Position numbers and translations under genes: made by a program | Notes under the pieces: model-generated | Told to the model about the DNA's origin: nothing | What the model saw: only the letters and a program-made list of their open reading frames with translations | The model's database searches: none | In this document: positions 27,363 to 46,694 of the stretch, in pieces | Layout: each line of letters opens with the position of its first letter | How positions within the stretch are numbered: the stretch's first letter is position 1 | NCBI GenBank assembly: GCA_013265495.1 | Contig: MU058769.1 | Span: 332,477 to 396,476, forward strand | DNA: 64,000 nt | Direction of reading: 5' to 3' | DNA from: Vicugna vicugna | Lineage: Eukaryota

Positions 27363-27554
27363 GTGGGCGCCTGGGGCCCAGACCAGCCACCATCTGCCCG
27401 GCCTCCCCACTGCGTGTCGCCACCACCTGGGAGCCAAGATAACTTAGACGCGGCTCCTGTCCTTCAGGAGTTTTCAGTCCTGTGGGAGAGGGAGGCTGTC
27501 GACATGTCATTGTCACACGCTGTTAAGATCTCAGGCTTTGCAGCGGGGCGGCCT

Positions 27555-27720
27555 TGGGTTTGAGCTCTGGCTCCGCAGCTTACTATCTGGGTGGCCTTGA
27601 GCATGTTCCTTAATCTCTGTGGGCCCCTGTGAGTTTCATCTGCAAAGCGGGGGTAACCATAGCCCCAGCATCACCGCACGGATGTGGGGGTTCGGTGAGA
27701 TCACGCAGGGAAAGCACGCA
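27555..27720 (+). mobile_element. MIR
   Basis: ctgggtttgagctctggctccgcagcttactatctgggtggccttgagcatgttccttaatctctgtg. Confidence 0.7.
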
Positions 27721-27807
27721 GCCCGTGTTTGGAAGCCGGTAGCTAGGAAAAGGCATGCTCAGGGTGGGAGGGGTGAGTGAGCACGGCGGGGCCAGAGGAG
27801 AGAGGGG

Positions 27808-27973
27808 CTGTTATTTAAGGACACAGTCATACTGGACTAGGGCCCACCCTAATGACCTCGTTTTAAGTTAATCATCTGCAAAGAAAGACCTATTTCTAAA
27901 TAAGGTCATAGTCACAGGTGCTATGAGCTAGGACTTCAGCATCTTCTCAGAGAAGGCAAATCAACCCGTAACA
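27808..27973 (-). mobile_element. MLT1 (ERVL-MaLR) LTR fragment
   Basis: aaggacacagtcatactggactagggcccaccctaatgacctcgttttaa..tcaacccgtaaca. Confidence 0.8.
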
Positions 27974-28389
27974 ACTGGCAACCGATTTGAAGAGGTTTTA
28001 AAACACGGCAGAGCAAAATCTTTCCGCAGGCTTCACCTGGCCCCTGGCCCGCCAGCTTACGACCTCGGCCTTGTAGGCCTCAGGTGCACATAGTGGGAGC
28101 AGTACTGATCACACTGAGTCCCCACCGTGGGCCCAGCACTGACAGGGAGGATGGGGAGGGTCGCTGAAGGCCCAGGAAACAGTAACCAAGTCTCAAGGGC
28201 CGTCCCTGAGAAGGGCCGAGTGAGTGGGACAGGTGGTAGAGCCTTGGGACACTGGAAAGGGCCTGCGATGCGGCGAGGTGTGATGAGCGCTCTGGGCGCT
28301 GGGCGACCTTGGACAAGCTGCTTCCTCTGAGCCTTAGCTTCGTCCTCTGTGGAGTGAGAGGGGGCGTGTGGGGGCCTGGCACGTGGGAG

Positions 28390-28880
28390 CAGGGATGTCA
28401 TGGTTGGTAGCAACTGTTAACTACGGCTGTGAGCCAGAACAGCCTGGCACCATTCAAGAGGAGGTAGGATTTGAACTGGGCCCTGATGAGGGATTGGGCT
28501 GTGGGTAAAAGGACAAGGAGAGTCTTCAGACAGGGTGGGGGTGGAGCCTGGAGAACCCAGCAGTAAGACTTAAAGGGTAAAACTGAGCACCCCTGCAGGG
28601 CCCAGTGGGGCTGGGAAGGGCCCCTTAGGCTGGAGGGGCCTGCAGGGAATGAGGCTGGGCCCAGAGGGGGCAGGTTACAGCAGCAGTGGGAGCAGGCCCA
28701 GCCCTGGGGACCATGGAAGGATCTCAAAGCTGGACGGTGACAAGATGTAGGAAATCCTTTTGGAAGTCAATCCTGGAAGCGGATTAGATTGGAACGAGGT
28801 TCAGCCGCCCTGAGGAAGGAAAATCAGCTGAGAGGCCACTGCTGAAATCCAGGCACAAATGAGAGCATGGACTGTGTTCA
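28390..28880 (-). mobile_element. L2 fragment
   Basis: ggatttgaactgggccctgatg..gtaagacttaaagggtaaaactgag..gaaatccaggcacaaatg. Confidence 0.5.
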
Positions 28881-29099
28881 CGGCGGGACGGTGACGAAGC
28901 GAGGCCTGTGCACAGTCACCTGTGCCTGCCAGATACTCCTCTGCTCCTTCCCCAGCCTCCTGAGTCAGATCTCAACACAGCAGCCAGAGCCATCCTGTCA
29001 GATCGCTCCCCAGCCCCGCCCTCAGTGCTCCCTGCGTGCTGAGTCAATGCCAAGTCCCACTCCACGCCTGCAGATCTCCCCCTGCCTCTCTGACCTGCA

Positions 29100-29540
29100 T
29101 TCCTGCCACTCATCTCCTTCTTCACTCTGCTCCAGCTGTGCAGCTTTAAATATGCCCTGGGCATTTTTCAAATATGCCCTGCCTAGTCCTATCTCAGAGA
29201 CTTTGCACTAGCTGGTCCCTCTTCCCGGAATGCACCTCCAGGTTAATCTCACAGCCCACGTCATTCAGGCGTCTGCTCAAACTTCTCTTGCTTAAGGGTC
29301 TTCCCTGACTGTCTTACCGAAAGTAGCATCTCATCCTCTGTGGCCTTGACCCGGCTTTATTTGTGGCTTTGATAACTACCTGCAGTTCACTCTGGGTTCG
29401 TGTGTCATGTCTTTGCTACTTCTCTTCCCCTCTAGAACTGCAGCTCCATGTGGGTAAGGAATTGGTCTTGTTCATGCTGGCGCTTGGAACAGTGCCTAGC
29501 ATGCCAGAGGTGCTCAAGAAGTGTTTGTGGAGTGAATGAG
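29100..29540 (+). mobile_element. L2 fragment
   Basis: ttgcactagctggtcccttcttcccggaatgc..aacagtgcctagcatgccagaggtgctcaagaagtgtttgtggagtgaatga. Confidence 0.8.
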
Positions 29541-29818
29541 GTGTGGGGCGTTTGAGCCTTGGCCTAGCAAATTGTTTATCCAACCCAGCTCTCATGTGTG
29601 AAATAGAGAGATTAGACAAAGTTCATTTCTGGAGTCCTACAGGGTGTAATACCCTGAGTTAGTGCTTTTGAGGAGTGTCAGCAGGACTCAGAGAAGTCTC
29701 TCTCCTTGCCTCAGCTCGTAGCACCTGGCAGGTATCGCAGCAGAGGGTTGGGAAGGTAGAGGTGTGGATGGCTGACACGGAGCCCCTAACGCCCTGCCCT
29801 CCACCTGCCCCCCTGCAG

Positions 29819-30001
29819 CCACAAGGCCTCCTGGCGGCTGCCACAGTGACGAGTTCCAGTGCCGGCTGGATGGTCTGTGCATCCCCCTGCGGTGGCGCTG
29901 TGACGGGGACACTGACTGCATGGACTCCAGCGATGAGAAGAGCTGTGAGGGAGTGACCCACGTCTGTGACCCCAATGTCAAGTTTGGCTGCAAGGACTCT
30001 G
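29819..30001 (+). CDS. LRP1: LRP1 exon 21 (CR8, start CR9)
   Basis: [61 protein letters not shown]; 183 nt. Confidence 0.97.
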
Positions 30002-30295
30002 GTAAAAAGGACGATTGAAAGGAGACAACATGGACAGGAGGAGACCATATTGAGGGCAGAGCAGTGGCCAGGGAGACGGCACAGTGCTGTGGGGCATGGG
30101 GTGGGGACGTTGCGAGGCAAAAGGCTCGCAGAAGCTTGGGCCTGATGCACGGGGGCAGGTATGTAGGGGCCAGGCCTGCACTAAGGGCCCTGGGAACCAA
30201 AACCCTCACCGGAGTTGAATCTCAGCACCTCCGGCAGATTCCTGCCTTCTTTATTGCCTGTGCGAATTTGACAGAAAAAGCCTCAAGGTTCCTAG

Positions 30296-30709
<414 letters not shown>

Positions 30710-30824
30710 TGAGACTGGGAAAGGGCAGCTCTGGCTGCTGGGCAAGTAGTACCCAGAGCAACTGCCATCAACCCACATCGATTTAGGACTCATCTTGGCA
30801 AGAGACTCAGCTCAGCGTGTCTGA

Positions 30825-30940
30825 GCGTTGAACCCATACGCAGCCCTGTGAGGCAGATACTAGTGTCCCCTCCATCCTAAACATGAGAAAACTGAGGCAC
30901 AGAGAGGTTAAATAACTGGCCCAAGGTCACACAGCTGGTG
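30825..30940 (-). mobile_element. MIR
   Basis: catgagaaaactgaggcacagagaggttaaataactggcccaaggtcacacagct. Confidence 0.8.
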
Positions 30941-31580
30941 GAGGACTGTGGAGACAGTGCAGTGCGGCCCCTCCCTGCAGGCACAGCCCCCTCACCCACA
31001 GTCGTACCCCAGAGCAGTGCGGAGCCGGTGTTCGAGATGAAAGCGCAGGGCTGAGGGCTGATGTGGTCAGGGCAGGCTCCCCAGCCTGCAGCGTGAGTGA
31101 GGAGGTGGGGGGAGGAGGCTCTGCACTCAGGATCAAAAGAATGGGGTTAGGGAGGGCCACATGGTGTGAGTCGGGGCTAGGGAGCAGAGCAGAGCAGCCT
31201 TATCTCTCCCGAGCTAGGCAGAGCGCTGGGCTCCTTGGAGGAGAGGAGTGGGAGACAAGGACCAGCCCCGAGAACTGCTGACGTGTCCTCAGTCTGGGCT
31301 GGCAGGCCCCAGGGTGTGTCAGACGACCCTGGGCAGGACATTCCGTACCACATCCCACCCCATATCACCCGCACGTCAGGAGAAACTGAGATTCAGCCCT
31401 CCCAGAGAAAGGCAAAAGGCTGGGGTCCCCACAGTGGGCTCAAAAAGGGACAGGGCTGTAAGGCCAGAGACAGGCGCAGCCAGTGATGCAGCAGTGCTCC
31501 TCGGGGAAAGAGAGGATTGGTCCCAGGTGGTGGGTGCCAGGGCCCCAGCCCTCGTCCCGAGGGAGCCTGGGGAGGAGTGA

Positions 31581-32379
<799 letters not shown>

Positions 32380-33537
32380 NNNNNNNNNNNNNNNCCGCCC
32401 GCAGGGACTGACGCGGGGTGGAGTGCACCACCTGCCAGACCGCACGTGGGTGCTCAGAACCACGGGGCCAGATGCAGGCTGCCCGGAGCAGTGGCCCTTA
32501 GCTCCCCTGTCCCCCATACTCTTGTAAATTGGGTTAGATTTTGCTGTTGGTCTCAGCGCCTGACGCCCCGTAATTATTGTCGGCAGAGCTGCCAGCCTGA
32601 TAATTAACAAAATGATCAGCCTTTCTTTGGAGCGGCCAGAATTGCAGGCTTGCAAGAAAAAAGCTATTTAGCGGGTGGGGTACCTGAACTCTGCCTTCTG
32701 TCCCAAGGTAGCCTGACCCATCACAGACTTACTTTAGTGATAACGTTCATTCCTGAGTGCCTGCCCCACACACTGGCCCCTGTGGAGACAGCAAGGAGCA
32801 AACCAGACCCAAATGCCTCCCCTCATGGAGCTTCCGAGCCAGTGGGAACATCAGATATAAACACAGCAAATGAGTACACGGACTGAGAGCGGGTAGTGGT
32901 GTGGATAAAGAGGAAGGGGGCGTGGTGGGGAGGGAGAGCAGGGGAGACATTTAAATGGTCTGGATGGTCCAGGAAGGCCCCCTGAGAAGCTGACATCTGA
33001 GCAAAGACTTGAAAGAAGCACATCTTACTAGAGGAGCTGGTATTGCCTGTAACAGAGAAAACCTGGAACCATCTCAATTGTCCATCAACAAGGGGATGGC
33101 TAAGTGATGATGTTCACACAATGTAACAGTTTCTAAAATAATGAGGTCCATACATATTTATGACCATAGGAAAATCTCCACGACCGTTTGTGGAGTGACT
33201 TCTAAAAAGTTCTGTCTGCCCCATGTTGCATCTAGGTCTGTGCCCCAAAGTCTCCACCCTCAGCCCTGACCTCCTCCCAGGGATTAGCCCTTCAGAGAGC
33301 TGCAAGCAGAAAATAGTTGCCACTTCCCCTTCTCCAGAGTTCTGGAAGCCAGGCTTCTACTTGACCTCTTGGTGCAGGGGGCCTATGTGAGGAAAGTGGG
33401 GGTTCTAGGAACGCCAGTTGAATCTGGGGCACCAGAGATATTGGCAGAGGTGTCAAGGTTGAGGGTGGGTCATCCAGGGATATCGTGAGTTCACCCACTC
33501 CAGGTGATTCTAACCTCCCATGACCTCTCTTCTGCAG

Positions 33538-33742
33538 CCCTGACCAGTTTCGAGGTGGNNNNNNNNNNNNNNNNNNNNNNNNNNNNNNNNNNNNNNNNNN
33601 NNNNNNNNNNNNNNNNNNNNNNNNNNNNNNNNNNNNNNNNNNNNNNNNNNNNNNNNNNNNNNNNNNNNNNNNNNNNNNNNNNNNNNNNNNNNNNNNNNNN
33701 NNNNNNNNNNNNNNNNNNNNNNNNNNNNNNTCCCCGAGATGG
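33538..33742 (+). CDS. LRP1: LRP1 exon 25 (middle masked by N-gap 33559-33730)
   Basis: ALTSFEV..Ns..PRDG|gtgag; both ends visible, 205 nt. Confidence 0.9.
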
Positions 33743-33778
33743 GTGAGCACCCTGCCCAGCCCTGTTTTGGCCCCATAG

Positions 33779-34435
<657 letters not shown>

Positions 34436-34485
34436 TAACCTTCACCACAGCCGTGTGTGCTAACAGCTGCCCTGAGGAGAAGTGA

Positions 34486-35901
<1,416 letters not shown>

Positions 35902-36001
35902 TGATCCCTGTTCCCCCGGAAACCAGGTCGACCCCCTCCCCTCGAGCCTCCTGGCCTATGTCCTGCAAACACTCAAGCACGACTCCCCTCTCTGCCCCCA
36001 G

Positions 36002-36176
36002 ACTTGCCAAATGCCCACGGGCTGGCTGTCGACTGGGTGTCCCGAAACCTGTTCTGGACAAGCTATGACACCAACAAGAAGCAGATCAACGTGGCCCGGC
36101 TGGACGGCTCCTTCAAGAATGCGGTGGTGCAGGGCTTGGAGCAGCCACACGGCCTGGTTGTCCACCCCCTGCGCGG
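36002..36176 (+). CDS. LRP1: LRP1 exon 30
   Basis: [29 protein letters not shown]; 175 nt. Confidence 0.96.
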
Positions 36177-36260
36177 GTCGGTCCAGGGCCCAGGGTTGGG
36201 GGGTGTGGGGTATGGGGTGGGGAGGAAGAGGACTCTGACGTCCCCCCCCGGCACCCCCAG

Positions 36261-36355
36261 GAAGCTCTACTGGACGGACGGGGACAACATCAGCATGGCT
36301 AACATGGACGGCAGCAACCGCACCCTGCTCTTCAGTGGCCAGAGGGGCCCTGTGG
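36261..36355 (+). CDS. LRP1: LRP1 exon 31
   Basis: [31 protein letters not shown]; 95 nt. Confidence 0.97.
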
Positions 36356-36610
36356 GTACGAGCTCGCCCTGCTGCCTTGCTGCCCTCCCCTAGTTCCTCG
36401 GCCAGGAGGTGGTCTCAGGGTTCCCCCAGTTGCCCCTCCGTCTCCCCGAGCTCCCAGCTTAGTGCTTGTTCTCACCGCCCTCCCCCGATACCGCACACCC
36501 TTCACACATACTCTGTACCCGTCCCCGGAGGTGAAAGGCCCATCTGGGTCAGGCTTCTGGGCCCCAGCCCTGGTGCCAGGCTCTCTGGCAGTAACACTCC
36601 CCTCTTCCAG

Positions 36611-36760
36611 GCCTGGCTATCGACTTCCCTGAAAGTAAACTCTACTGGATCAGCTCCAGGAACCACACCATCAACCGCTGCAACCTGGATGGGAGCGGGC
36701 TGGAGGTCATTGACACCATGCGGAGCCAGCTGGGCAAGGCCACTGCCCTGGCCATCATGG
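36611..36760 (+). CDS. LRP1: LRP1 exon 32
   Basis: [33 protein letters not shown]; 150 nt. Confidence 0.97.
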
Positions 36761-36868
36761 GTGAGAGCAGGGGCAGGAGCAGAGCAGGTGGGGCCGGGCT
36801 GGCGGGGAGACAGGGCTGGCGTGAGGGTGGGGCCTTCCCCAGGGTCTCATCCCCTCCTGCCACCCCAG

Positions 36869-37009
36869 GGGACAAGCTGTGGTGGGCAGATCAGGTGTCG
36901 GAGAAGATGGGCACGTGCAACAAGGCTGATGGCTCGGGGTCTGTGGTCCTGCGGAACAGCACCACCCTAGTGATGCACATGAAGGTCTATGATGAGAGCA
37001 TTCAGCTGG
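36869..37009 (+). CDS. LRP1: LRP1 exon 33
   Basis: [29 protein letters not shown]; 141 nt. Confidence 0.97.
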
Positions 37010-37285
37010 GTAAGGCGGGGCGAGGGACGGGGGCAGCGGGATGGGGGTCAGAAAGGACAGGACGGTGGCCAGGAGGGGCTGCAGGAACCCCCGGGCACAC
37101 GAGCAAATGGGGATGAAAACGGGTTGGCTCTGTCACCACCCAAGGGGCTCCTCTTTCACAAGGGCCAGGGGCCCTGCAGGACAGAAGACCTAAGAGCTGT
37201 GTTGGGTGATGACCCCCGCAAGGTCCTGGGTAAAGGAGTGACCATCCTGTCCCTGAGCAGCACAAATCTGACACTGAGGTCCTGA

Positions 37286-37576
<291 letters not shown>

Positions 37577-37599
37577 TAAGTGCCTTTCAGGTTAGATGC

Positions 37600-38150
37600 T
37601 GGGTGCCACTGGGGAAGCCAGGGGGCGGAAGTCCCTGTCCCTGTGCTCTGCAGCCTCTACCAGAAGGGGAGGCCAACATGAAGTAGCTCTGGTTTTCAGT
37701 AAGATTTTACAGAAACAGATGTCAGAGGGGGCGCCAGGGCCAGCTTCATGCAGGGGGTATGCTGTGAGCTGGGTTTCATAGGGCACATAGGATTTGAGTG
37801 TATGGTATGAAGGAAAAGGGACGATATGCCAGGCAAGAGGTCAAGCAATAGGAGGGTGTGTGCAGGGCCCTGAGGTGCCAACCCGAGTGGCGGGCAGGGT
37901 GCTGGGAAGTCATGGGGGAGGCTGTGGGGGAGGGCGGGGTTCCCACGGGTGCTCAACCAGGAGCGCCAGAAGGTGGTGTTTGGGGCAGATTAACCTGGCG
38001 GCAGAGAGCCGGCTGAGTGGAGGAGGGAGAAACCAAGGCAGTTAGACCAGTCAGGAGGCTCTTAGCGTAGCTAATCCCAGTACTGGGAGATGCGGCCTAG
38101 GCTGGGGTTTAGCAGCTGGGCTGAAGAGAAGGGATGAAACTCAGAGACAT
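37600..38150 (-). mobile_element. L2 fragment
   Basis: cattcatcgtgtattaagtgcc..agaccagtcaggaggctcttagcgtag..gaaactcagagacattt. Confidence 0.6.
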
Positions 38151-38189
38151 TTCACAAGAACTTGATGACTGATTTACGAGCTTGCCCCA

Positions 38190-38400
38190 GGACAGCATTT
38201 CCCAAAGTGCACTCCTGGGAACCTCCCTCTTTGATGTGGTAGATGTTACAGAAAGAAACACTGGGTTGAACAAAGTTTAAGTGGTTTTTTGCTGCGGAAA
38301 TTCTCAGAGCCTTGAATATGTTCATCTGCACTGAGAATTTTTCAAGGGAAGATTCTAGTGTTTGGGGTCTCCCCAAACTCACTCAACTCAGGGAGCCTGA
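38190..38400. mobile_element. Ancient hAT-type DNA transposon fragment
   Basis: cagcatttcccaaagtg..ttctcagagccttgaatatgttcatctgcactgagaat..ccccaaactc. Confidence 0.45.
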
Positions 38401-38654
38401 GCAACCAGGGCCCATTTGGGGATTCGTCTGGGGACTCGCTGTCTGAAGGGATAAAGGCAAGGGAGGGTTCTGGGGTGCACGGATAGTGGGCCCTCATAAG
38501 AAATGGGAAAGTGGGAAGGGGACTGGCTCAGGAGTGAGGTGTTGGAGACAAGGGTGTGGCACAGACCAGAAGGGTGAGGACAAAGAGGTAGCTAAGGTGG
38601 AAATCTAGACTTGGGCGTCATTCAGTGCTTTTGTCTTGTCTGAGCCTCCCCAGA

Positions 38655-38714
38655 TTCTTTCCAAGGCCTTTGGGGATGCCGGGTTTCTTTCCAAGGCCTT
38701 TGGGGATGCCGGGT
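38655..38714. repeat. Perfect 30-bp tandem duplication
   Basis: TTCTTTCCAAGGCCTTTGGGGATGCCGGGT x2. Confidence 0.97.
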
Positions 38715-38977
38715 TGGGTGGAGTGAGGCTGGACTGGAGGGTAGAGCGTGGAGAGAAAGCTGGGTCTCTGCTGCCCTCTCGTGGTGGCTGGGGGTCTCGC
38801 AGGTGGAGAGCTGTGCGCTCCTGTTCCCACCTGCCGCCAGGTGACCTCCCTGCCCAGGCCCCAGGCTGGGGTGTGTGTGTGGGTTGCGGGGGAGGTATGA
38901 CGGCTGGGAGGAGACATCAGGAGGGTTTGAAGGTGACAGAAGCCAAGCTTAAGAGGTGTCCACAAGGCTCGTGCTGA

Positions 38978-39894
<917 letters not shown>

Positions 39895-39897
39895 TGA

Positions 39898-40077
<180 letters not shown>

Positions 40078-40158
40078 TGATGGGGTGGACCCTGTGCTGT
40101 GGACAGACGCTCCCTTACCCTGTTCCCCATTGAATCTCTCTATCATGAGGCTCTGTAG

Positions 40159-40923
<765 letters not shown>

Positions 40924-40980
40924 TGAACTGAGGGCACCAAGGCAGAGCTGGGCACCAACCAGAGCTTCCACCTCAGCTGA

Positions 40981-41601
<621 letters not shown>

Positions 41602-42768
41602 TGAAAGTTTCCCCTCCGCTGGAGTCAGAGCTGGCCCCCTGTAGCGCTCGTTCTGCCCCCGGGCCGCACAGAATAAGCGAAGCTTCCTCTGTATCTGGTG
41701 CTCCCGGCGCAGTCTGCACAGACAGGGCGGGCTCAACCCCAGACACAGGATTTCAGCCACTTGGGCAAGTTTTCTGTGCTCTCCAAGCCTCAGATTTCTC
41801 GTCTGTGTAAAGGGACAGGATCACCTGCCACAGTGGGTGGGAAGGTTGGCTCAGCCCAGGATGCATCTTGTGCTCCGTGGAAGGTGGTGGCTGTGAGAGC
41901 TGTCATCCTGGGACAGCCTTTCAGCTCTTTGAAAACTGCTATTTTGTGCCACCAGTTTTCTCTTCTCTGGTCTGGATGCCCCTGGGTCCTTTGCCTCGTT
42001 CGTTTGTTCATGTATTCATTGCTTCTGTCCATTAAGAACTGCCAGGCATGGAACTAGGTGCTGGGTACACAGTGGTGATAAAAACAGACCTGTCCTTCAA
42101 CCTCCTTGGCCATTTTCTGCTCCACAGAGTCCAGTCCACATGTCTGTCTAAAAATCTAGGGTCCAAAGCTAAACTTGATACTCTGTAATCGTGGTTTCAT
42201 CAGGAGAGACCAGCAGAAGTGTCCTTCAGGCTATTGTTCAGGCTACAATACTTCTATTAATGCTGGCTTCTGGCAGCCACATCGCCAGACAGCTTGAAGC
42301 CACCGAAACCTCTGAGTCTTTAAACTACTGCTCGGCTGCATCTCTCTCATCGTGTACTTAGTTCTTTAACCAGAGTTTAAAATGTCTACAGAACAACCCA
42401 ATTCAGGGTCTTTTTAGGTAGGAAACTCCCCAGTACAGCCCACGTGGGATCTGATTTACTGAAATCCAGTTTGCACCCAACTTGGCAGAACTCTAGCTCC
42501 AGGGAAGTGTGACCACAGCATAAGGCCAAGTCTACGCAGCGGTGGGGAGACACAGGAAGAAGGATTAGGGGATTGACCATGGATCATTTGGGTGGGATAT
42601 AGGGGGTACAGGAAGGGTTGGGGGCACGGAGAGCTGCACCCCCACATGCTTCCCAGATCCCACACTTCCCGTCCAGCCCCACGTATGCCAGGGGGGTGGG
42701 TGCCCCAGGCCATGCCCTTATTTCCTGCCCAGGTTGCCCCTTTGCTCTGCTCTCTGGCCCCATCCTGA

Positions 42769-42984
<216 letters not shown>

Positions 42985-43094
42985 TGAGCTGTAGGCCCAG
43001 GGCATGGGGAGGGGTGGGCCACAGGCCGGCAGAAACTGCCGCTGGGCAGAGCCAGGCAGGGGATGCAGGAACAAAAAAGGCTGACTCTAACCTG

Positions 43095-43200
43095 TTCAGC
43101 CTAAGAGTTCAGCCACTTCCTTGCTGTGTGACCTTGGAGCAGTTGCATGACCTCTCTGAGCTTCAGTTTCCTCATCTGTAATAGGAGGACAATAACATTT
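43095..43200 (+). mobile_element. MIR
   Basis: ttgctgtgtgaccttggagcagttgcatgacctctctgagcttcagtttcctcatctgtaat. Confidence 0.85.
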
Positions 43201-45749
43201 CAGGTGCCTTATCAAGGGGAGGATGAGGGGGCTGTGGAGGATACACTGGCTTGGTAATTAATTGATTTATTCATCAGAGAACTGTGTTCAAGGCACATAA
43301 TAAGTTCTCTACGTCTGGTATTCCAAGATTTAGGCAGATTGTTCACTAAATATCTGTTGTGTGGAGCCTTGAACTGGGTGCATTTAAGCCACCTAGCTGG
43401 GAAGAGAAATCACTGGTGGGAAACACTGATGTTGGCAAGACTGGATGTGATGACCAAGAGGCATCATGGGGGTGGTAGACTGGCACAGGGCCTGGAAGGA
43501 AAGGCCAGGGAAGGGCAGCCCAGATAGGGCAGAGCTTCGAGCAAGAGCCAGAGGAGGGAGGGCTCCAGGCAGGGAAGGATGTGAGGGGCCTGCCCCACAC
43601 CCAGCCCAGTCACAGGGATCCCGTGGGTGGGGCAGGCCTGAGGACGCCCAGGAGACTGGGCTCAGGGTTGCAAAGGGAGAATTTGGGAGGAAACCACCCT
43701 GGGGTGGTGCACACCCCCGGCCTCCAGCCGCTCTGCTCTCCTGCCCGGGCAGCCCCCTGACTCAACTAGTGGGCCTCTTGCAAACCCCCCACCCTCACCT
43801 TAGCGCCCCTGGCCCACACGCCAGCAAAATGTTTTCTCTTGGATTCAGCAGCGCTTGGAATGTTTTCCCAAAGCTTTACTAGGAAACTAAGGGAGAAACA
43901 AAACCCCAAAGCAGCTGCTTAGAAACCGTGAGCGCTCTGAACCCGGAGGCCTTACCCTGAGGTGACGGAGGTGCGGCCCCAGCCTGGCCTGCCCGACCAG
44001 CTTGAGGGCCCGCCGCTCCCCTCCTGCCTCAGCGCCGCCTCAGTCCCGCCACACACATACACAGCTTACGACAAGACCCTGTCTTCCCGCCGTGACCCTC
44101 AGTGACTTCAGCTGCCTAGGGCTGGCCTCAGGGCCTGACCCTCGTGGGCCTGGAGCCGCCATGGAGGGGCCATACTCGGGGCCCCTTTGCCGGCCTCCCA
44201 GCAAGTTCAAGTTCCCTGCCTCGATTCAGAGGCTACAGAGCATGGCAGCTTCAGAAGCCCCTCCCAGCTGCCCTCCAGGTTCCTTTGCTCTGAGCCCAGG
44301 AGATTCAGTCCTTCGCTTAGCAAATGGCTTTCGAGAAGCAGTGATGTGCTGGGGATCCAGTGGGGAGCAAGACATATTGGATTCCAGCCCTGATGAGACT
44401 GCAGGGAGCTTCATGAGTGTGTGACGAGGACCTGACCCAGGCTGGAGGTCAGGTGCCCTGAGCCAGATCTGGAGGAGACAGAGTGAAGTGAAGCCAGGCA
44501 TGGTACCAGAAAAAGAGCTCAACTGTCTGGGAGAGGCTCTCCCTTGGCCAGAAGGAGCAAGCGCTTTGGAGGATGGGGAAGGAGCCAGTGTGGACCCAGG
44601 TGGAAGAGTCAGGGGCCTCCAGGTGGCCGGGTTAGAAAGCCACGGTAGTCCTGGGTGCTGACTGCCTACCTCTCAGGAAAGGCTCTCCTCCCGACCCTTC
44701 CCCACGGCTCAACTTGGAATCCACAGTGACAGCATGGATCGTTCTGCCTACTGCAGCAGTTTGTCACAATAAGAGGAAAGCTACTTCCCACCACGGAGTG
44801 AGCGGGCTATAGCTGGGTGTGGGCGTCCCTGGTCGGGCACCGACAGGCACGGAAGACAACGCCAGCAGCTGCCCTGGGACCCCCATTTTGTCCTGTGGAG
44901 GCCGGAGGGAGACGCCTCCATCCACTCTCATCCTGATTCCCAGCACCATCCAGAACGCCGCCTCATCCCAACAGGCTTGGGAGCAGCCAGCCCCTCCTGG
45001 ATGGGAGGGGAGCATCCTTCTCCTACCTGAGTATAGTGGCAGGATGGAGAGACTGGGGGAGGGGAGATGTTAAAAAAAATGAGACCTGGAAAGGTTTGAG
45101 GAGACAAGTCCAGCAGCGGTGGCGAGGACAGCTCTGGCCAGAACAGCAGAGGGGGCAGGGCAAGGAGGCCCGGGGCTGGGAGGCAGAGGGCACGTCCTGT
45201 GAGGGAACGGAAAAGCGGATCTGGCTCTGGTGTGGCACGGTGCTTCTCAAACTCCAGGATGCGGAGCAGTGGAAAGTCTGGTTCCCTGGCCCCACCCCAC
45301 CCTAACTGTGTGTAAATCTCCGGGACTGGGGACCCAGGAGTCACCATCCAATGCGGGTGGTCTGAAGACCATGCTCACACCAGTATAGTGCTTGACTAGC
45401 CCTGAGGCCTTCCACGCCTGTCTCTGGGGCCCCTCTGCCCTCCGAGAGGAGCGCAGCGTGGCTGGCCGTTCCCACTCCTTTACTGAGAGGGAGCTGAGAC
45501 TCAGAGGGGCCAAGAGGCTGGTTCAAGGTCAGAGTTAGTAGGGGGCGGATCTGGGGCTCAGATCCCAAATATGCAAGGGCCTTAAATTACGGTGAAGGCA
45601 ATTCTCGGGAACTTGATGGTAGGATCCATGTACCCCCAGGACCTAGGACACACTGGACATTAAGCAAGGGTTTCCTAGGTGCCAGGAGAAGAGAGCAGTT
45701 AAGAATAAAATCATAGAAAATCCTCATGTCACAGGTACAGCTGTCATTT

Positions 45750-45880
45750 CATTCTCAGACCGCTCTAGGGGGCAGGTGGTATGGTTTTACCCCCGTTTCA
45801 TAGAGCGGAAAACTGAGCCACAGAGGGGTTACGTGACTTGCTAAGGTTCCTAGCCAGTCAGTGGTGGATGCAGGGCCAGA
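45750..45880 (-). mobile_element. MIR
   Basis: ttttacccccgtttcatagagcggaaaactgagccacagaggggttacgtgacttgctaagg. Confidence 0.75.
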
Positions 45881-45944
45881 GGCCCGGTGCCTGACTGTCT
45901 TTGCTACACTCTCAGTGAACGCAGATGGCTGCTTCAGACACTGA

Positions 45945-46526
<582 letters not shown>

Positions 46527-46694
46527 TGACGTTGCCGCTTGGCTGTCCTCAGCCTTCCAGGCTTGGTTTCCTCATCAGTTAAGTGAGGGTGGCGGTAGGA
46601 GGCCTCTGCGATCCTGCCCCCTCTGTGACTGTCGTGGAGGGGTGGAGGCGGGGCAGGAGAGATCCCCTTGACGGTGCTGATGCTGTCACCACAG

